In this document: positions 26,131-32,000 of the stretch, piece by piece | Numbering within the stretch: the first letter of the stretch is position 1 | Layout of the letters: the number at the start of each line of letters is the position of its first letter | Source of the DNA: Candidatus Saccharimonadota bacterium | Lineage (GTDB): Archaea > Nanohalarchaeota > Nanosalinia > Nanosalinales > Nanosalinaceae | Assembly: GCA_001761425.1 (NCBI GenBank) | Contig: CP012986.1 | Span: 420,001-452,000 of the forward strand | Reading direction: 5' to 3' | Length of the DNA: 32,000 nucleotides | The notes under the pieces: model-generated | Told to the model about the DNA's origin: nothing | The model's database searches: none | The model's input: only the letters and a program-made list of their open reading frames with translations | Translations under genes and position numbers: made by a program

Positions 26131-26152
26131 AACAAAATCAGGCCATACACAC

Positions 26153-29100
26153 ATGTCAAAATACTGTTCCAGAAAAAACAGGAAAACCAAACTCCTGACA
26201 GCATTCACAGCAGTAATACTGCTGCAAGGCCTCACAACAGCCTTTTCATCGCCTAACACTACTCAGATAATCTCTCCAGGCGATTCAGCTAATTTTACAA
26301 TAGAATCCCAGGCAGATAGCTTAACACTGAAAATACAGCCTCCGAAAGAGGCCTCAAAGACATTCGAGATGGATAAAAGTGGAGAAGTGTTCAAGACGGA
26401 GATAAAAGGCGGAAACTTTTCAAGAAAAGGCCTCTACCGCTACAGTTTCGGCAGCGGAACAGATAGATATCCAGAATACGGTAACTTTTCTCTGATTGTA
26501 TCTTCAAGAAATGAATCTCTGGAGAACAAGACTGTAAACGTTTCAGATACTGAGAGCCAGTTAAGTGGCACAGACTTTTGTGACTACAAGACAGATCCTA
26601 GTGACTTTGACTGCGAGTATGAGAACTATCAGGCAGGGATGATTCTTTCCTCTGCAGTAGGCCTTTATCTGAACACCTCCTCCTATGCCCGTGAGAAATT
26701 TGAGAACTTCACGTTTGGATCTTACTCTGACGGTACATGGGGCAGATGTGATCATGCTGAAGACGATTTTGACTGCGAAACAGGTTCAGGTCCTGTGGAA
26801 ATGCCTGCTGGAGTAAGACAGGGATCTCTTATTTATTCTCTTTGGGAGGCCTATGGTTTATCAGGAAACGATACTGTACGTGAACTGGCCTTGAATTACA
26901 CTAAAGGCTCTGCTGAGACATGTGATGTATGGAATAACTCATTTAACTGTACTACTGCCAGGGCACAGGGATTAATGGGTCTTGGATACTGGTCTGCGTA
27001 TGAGAAAACAGGTAATAACACTTTTAAGAGCATAGCAGAGAACTTGACTGAGACAAACTACAGCCATCCTGTAATTGCCTGGGCAAACCTCAAAGGACAT
27101 GTTTTTAACCCGGGAAAATCCTATCTTTCAGAAGCTGAAAACAGGACTAGAGAATGGCTTAACGAATGCCCAAACTGCAGCTCAGACGAATTCAGCTCTC
27201 TGAAAAATACTCTATGGACGGGCTACAAGATAACAGGGAAATACGGATACTACAGGAACGCAGTCAACTTGACAGCTTACTCAGATCACAGATACTGTTC
27301 CTGGAACAGCTCTTCATGTCAAAACCCTTATACTCAAGGCCTCTCAACTTTCAGTTACTGGAAAGCGCTGAAATCTCAGAAAGATCTTCCTCCAACAATT
27401 TCCAGGCCCAGGATAGATAGAGAAACTGTTGTAGGTGAGAACCTGACGGTGAACGCAGAATTTACTGGTAAAATAAAAAATCCTCAACTAGAATACCGCA
27501 GAAAGACAACGGGGAAAAATTCCTGGATCAAATGTGATATCAACTTGTTTGAAGGATGCGAGATACCAGGAGAAAACATTTCACAACAAGCTCCTTACAG
27601 CTACCGTTTTAAGTCGGACTCCTTTTCCTTCCCTAAAAACGGTTCTTTTACGTTCGCCCCATCTCTTGTGAAAAACACTTTCCTGGATGAGGCAAAATCT
27701 TTCAGCACCACAGACCCGGAAAGATGGTGTTCCCCATCAGAGGGAGATTACTCATGTGAAGATACAAGCCAACAAGCCTCCGTGATAAAGGGATTGACAG
27801 ATCTATTCACATTCAACGCAAGTGAGAAAAGCGCAGAATACTTCAAAAACATCTTGGAAAGGCCTTATGTAACTGAAAGTTTTTTCAGCCCTCTATGTAC
27901 CCCTCAGAACGGTTATATGAGCTGTGAGTACGGTGATAGTGCCCTGGAGCGCGATATCGAAGGAAGTGTAAGACAGGGTAAAATGATAGAATCTCTTCTC
28001 TCCTCATACCAGAGGAATGAAGAAGGGAGGACCTATCAGAGAGCTATGAACTATACACTGGGAGGAGCACAGGACTGCGATGTATGGAACAGAACCTATA
28101 ACAAATCATTCGAATGCGGAAGCACACGGGGACAGGCAGAGATGATAGAGGCTTATCTAAAGGCCTATGAAGTGACTGGGAACAAAACTTTCAGAGGAAA
28201 GGCCCTGAACCTTACACAGAAGGCCTTGAATATGACAGAGACTTCCAGGCTTGGTTCAGCTCTCTGGAAAGCAAACTCGTATTTCAACGAGTCTTACAGG
28301 AACCTGAGTATTTCAGATACCGCGGAGAACATATCTGGGAGCTTTGCTGGCTACTGTGTTGATAACTGTACGGTTGAACAGTACCTTGGTTCTTCTAACC
28401 TGTTTAGAGATGCTTTCCTTCATTCGGAGAAAGATTATTCATCTGAGTACCGTTCCTCTGTTTTGAATACTACTGCGGACGGTGAGTGTGGCCCTTACAA
28501 GCAGGATATTTCCTGTAGTTATCCTTCAGGCCAGGGAGGCCTTATGCAGTTGATGTGGGGTTCGGCCTATACGATGCCTGTCGAGTTGAAGGTTGAAAGC
28601 GAGTTTAATGTCAGCAAAGATACTTTGACGGTTGGAAAGGAGTTTTCTGCTTCGTGTTCGGCCCAGAATAATCTTGAAAACACGACTGTAAAGAATCTGG
28701 GCTTCGAGCTTTCTACGAGCGAAGGCCTTGACCTGGTATCTGGTAACAGAAGTTATGACGAAGGCGATCTAGAGTACGGTAATTACAGCGAGGTTTCATG
28801 GAGTATCGAGTCCAAATCTCCTGGTGATAGGAATGTTTCCTGTGCTATAACCTCGGACAGTGGTTACAGGGATGCTATAAACCGGGATATCACTGTCGAG
28901 GAGCAGGAGACGGATGATGGAGGTGAAACTTCCTCAGGTTCGGAGAGCGGTGGTTTCGTGGGAGGTTTCGCCGGTGAGGACAGTCAGCGAAATATTACCG
29001 TGGTTTATACGAACGCCTCAGATATGAACTGGAACAGGACACTTCTCACGCGTCTAGGTATTAACACTACTTACAGGAACTTCACTGAGAGGACAGAATG

Positions 29101-30031
29101 CTTCAGGCCTGTAAGAAAGATTAGAGGAGAAAACATTACTTTAGAGGCTGACAGTAGCTGTACTGGCGATGGAGCAGTTTTAATTGACAGGATACCTTCC
29201 AATGTTTCACTGGAGAAAGGGCGTAGAGTAAATGACCTGGCAGCCGCCAGGACACCGGAGCTGGAAAACAGTACGTACCTCAGCCTGGACTATACAGGCC
29301 TTAACACCTCTAATTTCCGCAGACCGCTCGTGCTTAAATCTAGTTACAGTCTGCCCCCTGTCAGGATAAATTTCAGTGCGGTAAACAACCAGTCCGCAGT
29401 TATCTCAGCGGACCTTAGCAGGGAACAGACCTGTGAAGTATACCGTGAAGGTGAAAAAATCCATTCAGAGGAGACTTCCAAACTGGTCTACCAGCCTTCA
29501 TCTCTGGGTTACGGGAATAGTACATATACAGTAGAATGCGGAGACAGGACCTTTACAAAGACCTTTACAAAAGCAAAAAAAGGTTCTTCAGGGCCACAGA
29601 GTCAAGAGAGTGGACAGGCCCTTCCCTTGATCAGGATAGTGGCTCTGTTATCCTTGTTAGCTGTTTCAGGCTTTGTCTTCGACAGGAGAGAATTTATCGT
29701 GGAAGAGCTGAGGATGAAACTCTTCGAGTACCGATTCCACAGGTTTGAGAAAGCTGTGGAGAATGGTGACACTGCTGAGGCGATCGAGATCTTTGACTCG
29801 ATGTCTAGAGATGTTTCAAAGGAAGTTCTGGAGTCTGACATGGATCTGATGCAGGGATTGATGCTTTACCTCTTGATTGACCTGGTAGAGGAGGGTAAGG
29901 AAGGTGAAGTAAACTTTGATGTTTCAGGTGATCTCGATGAGCTTGTTCAGAGATATGTGAAAAATTCGGACGGTAAATCAGTAAGGCTTGTCAGGGATAA
30001 GTACGAAGAAGCTACTGGAAGAGAAATATAA
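26153..30031 (+). CDS. Secreted, C-terminally membrane-anchored protein with two blocks of cysteine-clamped alpha/alpha-hairpin (toroid-like) repeats plus beta-sandwich domains
   Basis: The ORF is 1,292 aa with an ATG start. The signal peptide is MSKYCSRKNRKTKLLTAFTAVILLQGLTTAFS. The body is sequon-rich, and a TM helix lies near the C-terminus followed by a 116-aa acidic tail without sequons. Confidence 0.9.
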   Translation: MSKYCSRKNRKTKLLTAFTAVILLQGLTTAFSSPNTTQIISPGDSANFTIESQADSLTLKIQPPKEASKTFEMDKSGEVFKTEIKGGNFSRKGLYRYSFGSGTDRYPEYGNFSLIVSSRNESLENKTVNVSDTESQLSGTDFCDYKTDPSDFDCEYENYQAGMILSSAVGLYLNTSSYAREKFENFTFGSYSDGTWGRCDHAEDDFDCETGSGPVEMPAGVRQGSLIYSLWEAYGLSGNDTVRELALNYTKGSAETCDVWNNSFNCTTARAQGLMGLGYWSAYEKTGNNTFKSIAENLTETNYSHPVIAWANLKGHVFNPGKSYLSEAENRTREWLNECPNCSSDEFSSLKNTLWTGYKITGKYGYYRNAVNLTAYSDHRYCSWNSSSCQNPYTQGLSTFSYWKALKSQKDLPPTISRPRIDRETVVGENLTVNAEFTGKIKNPQLEYRRKTTGKNSWIKCDINLFEGCEIPGENISQQAPYSYRFKSDSFSFPKNGSFTFAPSLVKNTFLDEAKSFSTTDPERWCSPSEGDYSCEDTSQQASVIKGLTDLFTFNASEKSAEYFKNILERPYVTESFFSPLCTPQNGYMSCEYGDSALERDIEGSVRQGKMIESLLSSYQRNEEGRTYQRAMNYTLGGAQDCDVWNRTYNKSFECGSTRGQAEMIEAYLKAYEVTGNKTFRGKALNLTQKALNMTETSRLGSALWKANSYFNESYRNLSISDTAENISGSFAGYCVDNCTVEQYLGSSNLFRDAFLHSEKDYSSEYRSSVLNTTADGECGPYKQDISCSYPSGQGGLMQLMWGSAYTMPVELKVESEFNVSKDTLTVGKEFSASCSAQNNLENTTVKNLGFELSTSEGLDLVSGNRSYDEGDLEYGNYSEVSWSIESKSPGDRNVSCAITSDSGYRDAINRDITVEEQETDDGGETSSGSESGGFVGGFAGEDSQRNITVVYTNASDMNWNRTLLTRLGINTTYRNFTERTECFRPVRKIRGENITLEADSSCTGDGAVLIDRIPSNVSLEKGRRVNDLAAARTPELENSTYLSLDYTGLNTSNFRRPLVLKSSYSLPPVRINFSAVNNQSAVISADLSREQTCEVYREGEKIHSEETSKLVYQPSSLGYGNSTYTVECGDRTFTKTFTKAKKGSSGPQSQESGQALPLIRIVALLSLLAVSGFVFDRREFIVEELRMKLFEYRFHRFEKAVENGDTAEAIEIFDSMSRDVSKEVLESDMDLMQGLMLYLLIDLVEEGKEGEVNFDVSGDLDELVQRYVKNSDGKSVRLVRDKYEEATGREI
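26565..27390 (+). repeat. Alpha/alpha-hairpin repeat block 1 (five Cys-pair-headed hairpins)
   Basis: The hairpins are CDYKTDPSDFDCEYENYQAGMILSSAVGLY, CDHAEDDFDCET..VRQGSLIYSLWEAYGLSGNDT, CDVWNNSFNCTTARAQGLMGLGYWSAYEKTGNNTF, CPNCSSDEFSSLKNTLWTGYKITGKYGY and CSWNSSSCQNPYTQGLSTFSYWKAL. The AY..TGN..F signature recalls six-hairpin (alpha/alpha) toroid proteins. The fold is inferred only. Confidence 0.45.
27670..28585 (+). repeat. Alpha/alpha-hairpin repeat block 2 (duplicate of block 1 architecture)
   Basis: The hairpins are CSPSEGDYSCEDTSQQASVIKGLTDLF, CTPQNGYMSCEY..VRQGKMIESLLSSYQRNEEGRTY, CDVWNRTYNKSFECGSTRGQAEMIEAYLKAYEVTGNKTF, CVDNCTVEQYLGSSNLFRDAF and CGPYKQDISCSYPSGQGGLMQLMWGSAY. Confidence 0.45.
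28585..28900 (+). other. CARDB-like beta-sandwich domain
   Basis: The sequence is KVESEFNVSKDTLTVGKEFSASCSAQNNLENTTVKNLGFELSTSEGLDLVSGNRSYDEGDLEYGNYSEVSWSIESKSPGDRNVSCAITSDSGYRDAINRDITVEE. An acidic G/S linker follows it (28900..28990). Confidence 0.4.
29618..29680 (+). other. C-terminal transmembrane anchor of the 1,292-aa protein
   Basis: The helix is ALPLIRIVALLSLLAVSGFVF, followed by DRREF. Frame checked: 29618 is codon 1156. Confidence 0.8.
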
Positions 30032-30038
30032 TGAGTTG

Positions 30039-30064
30039 AGGCCTTTAACTGTTTTTTCAGGCCT
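30039..30064. terminator. Possible bidirectional terminator between convergent genes: two AGGCCT copies forming a 6-bp stem around a T6 run
   Basis: The sequence is AGGCCT(30039..30044)-ttaactgttttttc-AGGCCT(30059..30064). The hexamer is self-complementary, so the two copies can pair. T6 at 30052..30057 lies 21 nt after the plus-strand stop, and oligo-T is the usual archaeal termination signal. The second copy overlaps the RpoK stop codon. Confidence 0.35.
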
Positions 30065-30224
30065 TTACTGTGATAGGAAGTTTTTCCTGTTTCATTTCTC
30101 TCTTGGCGATGTCCATAGGCTCTTCGTCGCCTTCTGTGTCTACGAATGCTGGTGCTCCCATTGCGATTTGAAGGCTTCTTGCGCCCAGGACTCTTGCTTT
30201 CTCGTATCTTGTGAAATCTTTCAT
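30057..30224 (-). CDS. rpoK: DNA-directed RNA polymerase subunit K (Rpo6/RpoK)
   Basis: Hand translation (55 aa, below the ORF-track cutoff) gives MKDFTRYEKARVLGARSLQIAMGAPAFVDTEGDEEPMDIAKREMKQEKLPITVKA. This matches the RpoK/Rpb6 core TR(F/Y)EKAR(I/V).GAR.LQI.MGAP ... (I/L)PIT. ATG is at 30224..30222 and TGA at 30059..30057. The start lies 6 nt downstream of the PAC2-like stop. Confidence 0.85.
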   Translation of the reverse strand: MKDFTRYEKARVLGARSLQIAMGAPAFVDTEGDEEPMDIAKREMKQEKLPITVKA

Positions 30225-30230
30225 TTAGTA

Positions 30231-30995
30231 TCAACCTATGTAGCCTAGATCAGAACCTCCTTGACTGTCCTGATCAGGGCTCTGTGATTGTTTGAGGTTC
30301 TGAAGTTTTTTAAGCACTTCCTGTGATTCCTGAACTTTCTCATCCAGATCGCTGTAGTCAAGGTCTACTTCAAGGATTTTCTCTAGAGTCTGTAGAACTG
30401 CTTCAGTGGACTTCGGATCGCTCAGAAGGAAGCCCGGTGTTTCTCCAAGTATGCATACTCCTTTTATACCACGTTCCCGGCCCATGCTGACAAGAAGGCC
30501 TGAAACGCCGACTATCTGACCTACTTCGTGGTCAAATTCCAGGAACTCTTCATATATTTCTCTCTGATCTTCGTCCGTGACTGCTCCGAAGACATCAGGT
30601 TCTTCTACCACGTCTCCGGTTCCGTAACCGCCGATGGTGAGAATCTCATCTGCTTCTAAATCTTCGATGAAATCAAGTATTACCTCTGCTATATCGTAGT
30701 GTCCTTCAGGGTTTGAGGCCTGAGCATTGCCTTCTAGAAGGATGATATCTCTTCCTTCGTCTCTCTGAAGCTGGTAGATATTGTTTTTGATCATCTCCAC
30801 TTTTTTCCCATCATCGACTATAGTGTAAGGCGGGAAGTGGTGGCTGTGGATCTCGCCTATTTTCTCCGCTTCCAGGTTATCAGCCAGGTAACTTACACAG
30901 TTTCTTCCGATGTGACCGATGCCTGCGAGGCCTTCGATAAATAACGGGTTTTCTACTCCAGGTTCTTTATCCAGTTTCAGTTCAGTTTGAGACAT
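30231..30995 (-). CDS. PAC2-family proteasome assembly chaperone-like protein
   Basis: The ORF is 254 aa. The N-terminal LFIEGLAGIGHIGRNCVSYL motif, followed by HHFPP, ILLEGNAQ, ILTIGGYG and a C-terminal acidic/coiled tail, is the typical layout of archaeal PAC2 (DUF75) proteins. A GGTGA Shine-Dalgarno-like motif lies 10 nt upstream of the ATG. Confidence 0.8.
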   Translation of the reverse strand: MSQTELKLDKEPGVENPLFIEGLAGIGHIGRNCVSYLADNLEAEKIGEIHSHHFPPYTIVDDGKKVEMIKNNIYQLQRDEGRDIILLEGNAQASNPEGHYDIAEVILDFIEDLEADEILTIGGYGTGDVVEEPDVFGAVTDEDQREIYEEFLEFDHEVGQIVGVSGLLVSMGRERGIKGVCILGETPGFLLSDPKSTEAVLQTLEKILEVDLDYSDLDEKVQESQEVLKKLQNLKQSQSPDQDSQGGSDLGYIG

Positions 30996-31001
30996 ATTGA
31001 T

Positions 31002-31145
31002 TCATTCACCTTTCTTTGTCTTACGGCGGTATTTCCCGTATTTATCCGGGAAAGAAAACTTTGGAGGTCTCGCCCTCTCTGTTTCAACACCGCAGTGTTC
31101 ATCTTTCAACGTGTAACTACTGCATTCTGGACACTTTTTAATCAT
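31002..31145 (-). CDS. nop10: H/ACA ribonucleoprotein complex subunit Nop10
   Basis: Hand translation (47 aa, below the ORF-track cutoff) gives MIKKCPECSSYTLKDEHCGVETERARPPKFSFPDKYGKYRRKTKKGE. This matches the Nop10 pattern KKCP.C..YTLK..C......PPKFS..D.YGKYRR. ATG is at 31145..31143 and TGA at 31004..31002. GGTGA lies 6 nt upstream. The position directly after aIF2-alpha is the conserved archaeal arrangement. Confidence 0.85.
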   Translation of the reverse strand: MIKKCPECSSYTLKDEHCGVETERARPPKFSFPDKYGKYRRKTKKGE

Positions 31146-31164
31146 AGGAGTTCACCGAAAGGCC

Positions 31165-31920
31165 TTATGCACGGCTGAACCTGAACTCGCCGTCAAGTTC
31201 GTCCGCTTTATCTCTGATCTGGTCCACAGCTTGGTCCATTCGTTTCTTCGCAAGTTCCTGTGTCCGGCCCCAGGCCTTGATAGAGTATTTAGGTGCTGAG
31301 ATATATTTGACTTCCACTCCTTCCTCAAGGCCTTCAAAAGTCTTTTTTATGAGTTCTGTTCCATTACCCTGGCTGTATTCGAGATCGATCTCTCCCTCGA
31401 ATTTCTCCTGTTTCAGGTCGATGTTTTCACGGGCTACTTCCTGGACGGCCTCCACTATTTCTTCCTCCAGTAGGTCTTTCAGACGCTCTTCCTCGGCAAC
31501 TGATACCTCAAAGCCGTGGAAGCTGGATCCGAACTCTTCCTGGAGCTTGAAACCGATTTCCTCGTAGGCCTCTTTCTTTTCTATATCTAGTTTGTCTGCC
31601 AGGTCTTCGATGAAGGCCTCTGCTTTTTTCTCTTTGTTCCAGCGGGCCATTGCGTCTCTTTTCTGGTTCTCGTTTACTCTTTTGATGGAGAGGTTAATGC
31701 TATCTTGGTCTACCTCGATTACCTGTGCGACCGTCTTCTCTCCCTCGCCCAGTTCTTTTCTGACGTCCTGTATCCAGGAGCGGGAGACCTCGGAGATGTG
31801 CAGAAGCCCGTCGACGTCTCTGTATTCGTCAAGTTCTGCGTATGCCGAATTCTTGTCCACATCTGTAAGTGTTATTACAACAAAATCTCCTTCGTCAGGT
31901 TTATCTTTGTACCAGCGCAT
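31165..31920 (-). CDS. eif2a: Translation initiation factor 2 subunit alpha (aIF2-alpha)
   Basis: The ORF is 251 aa. An N-terminal S1-like OB fold (GDFVVITLTDVDKNSAYAELDEYRDVDGLLHISEVSRSWIQDVRKELGEGEKTVAQVIEVDQDSINLSIKRV) is followed by the helical and alpha-beta domains typical of aIF2-alpha/eIF2-alpha. Confidence 0.9.
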   Translation of the reverse strand: MRWYKDKPDEGDFVVITLTDVDKNSAYAELDEYRDVDGLLHISEVSRSWIQDVRKELGEGEKTVAQVIEVDQDSINLSIKRVNENQKRDAMARWNKEKKAEAFIEDLADKLDIEKKEAYEEIGFKLQEEFGSSFHGFEVSVAEEERLKDLLEEEIVEAVQEVARENIDLKQEKFEGEIDLEYSQGNGTELIKKTFEGLEEGVEVKYISAPKYSIKAWGRTQELAKKRMDQAVDQIRDKADELDGEFRFSRA

Positions 31921-31942
31921 AGATTCGTAGTGGAAAGTGATT

Positions 31943-31950
31943 CTTAAAAA
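31943..31950 (-). promoter_or_regulatory. TATA box (TTTTTAAG) for a probably leaderless aIF2-alpha operon transcript
   Basis: It spans -30..-23 relative to the ATG at 31920. There is no Shine-Dalgarno-like motif between the box and the ATG, whereas the internal operon genes do carry GGTGA-type motifs. Confidence 0.45.
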
Positions 31951-32000
31951 GACGCCTCTGGCTCCCAGATCAGGCTGTTAGTAACCACGATTTATTACTG

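Larger units (their letters stand above)
25972..26152. promoter_or_regulatory. Divergent intergenic control region between the giant gene and the 1,292-aa gene
   Basis: This is a 181-nt A/T-rich non-coding gap, the only sizeable one in the window. It carries TATA-like elements facing both ways and is flanked by two outward-pointing genes. Confidence 0.6.

Noticed and set aside
25972-26152. A small RNA or tRNA gene in the divergent intergenic region
   Set aside because: At 181 nt it is A/T-rich and shows no tRNA-like cloverleaf stems or conserved box motifs. It is better explained as a bidirectional promoter region.
29947-30248. 95-aa minus-strand and 86-aa plus-strand ORFs between the 1,292-aa gene and the PAC2 gene
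   Set aside because: A different minus-strand frame encodes a clear RpoK (30057..30224). The listed ORFs overlap it and the end of the 1,292-aa gene, and they translate to basic low-complexity sequence.
30987-31947. ORFs 30987..31178(+), 31152..31337(-), 31277..31567(+), 31592..31930(+) and 31705..31947(+)
   Set aside because: They overlap or are antisense to the well-supported Nop10 and aIF2-alpha genes, and they have no recognisable motifs.
31944-32000. Possible 3' end of ribosomal protein S27e upstream of aIF2-alpha, as expected from conserved archaeal gene order
   Set aside because: The three minus-strand frames give only ...SNKSWLLTA*, ...VINRGY* or a 14-codon fragment. None shows the S27e C-terminal pattern I would recognise, and the stretch is too short to call. 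A TATA box at 31943..31950 also suggests a new transcription unit starts here.
1-32000. AGGCCT copies as a CRISPR array, a MITE family or some other dispersed repeat element
   Set aside because: Only the 6-mer recurs. There is no conserved flank, no regular spacing and no longer repeat unit. Most copies lie inside coding frames in all three phases.
1-32000. A mobile element or genomic island context for the giant gene
   Set aside because: No integrase, transposase, tRNA attachment site, or terminal inverted or direct repeats are visible. The AGGCCT signature of the flanking parts of the giant gene matches that of the adjacent housekeeping operon.

Overview
This is an archaeal chromosome segment. 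It encodes aIF2-alpha, Nop10, RpoK and a PAC2-type chaperone, its proteins are strongly acidic, and GC is roughly 43-45 % judged by eye. That fits a halophilic DPANN/Nanohaloarchaeota-like genome best, which is an inference.

About 80 % of the window is one uninterrupted minus-strand gene (250..25971, 8,573 codons, TTG start). It encodes a giant type-I membrane protein:
- a signal peptide;
- an acidic, N-glycosylation-sequon-rich mosaic ectodomain of about 8,150 aa, with beta-propeller blades, CxxC modules, several Ig-like beta-sandwich arrays, a LamG jelly roll, a CBM-like region carrying a fibrinogen/collagen-NC1-like motif, and CARDB-like membrane-proximal domains;
- one TM helix;
- a 364-aa cytoplasmic tail carrying a complete HerA/FtsK-superfamily P-loop ATPase.

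This gene overlaps the start of a downstream secreted-protein gene (partial, 1..253) through an ATGA stop/start. It is also divergently paired with a 1,292-aa secreted, C-terminally anchored protein built from cysteine-clamped alpha/alpha-hairpin repeats (26153..30031). I propose these three genes as a candidate cell-surface, contact-dependent apparatus.

The right end holds a compact minus-strand housekeeping operon: aIF2-alpha, Nop10 (47 aa), a PAC2-like protein and RpoK (55 aa). The two small genes fall below the ORF-track cutoff and were found by hand.

The strongest sequence-level signal is a roughly 15-20-fold excess of the palindrome AGGCCT. I count about 105 copies by eye, in all codon phases, on both strands and in all genes.

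No rRNA, tRNA, CRISPR array, transposase or integrase was seen. All domain calls are motif recognition by eye, with no database search.
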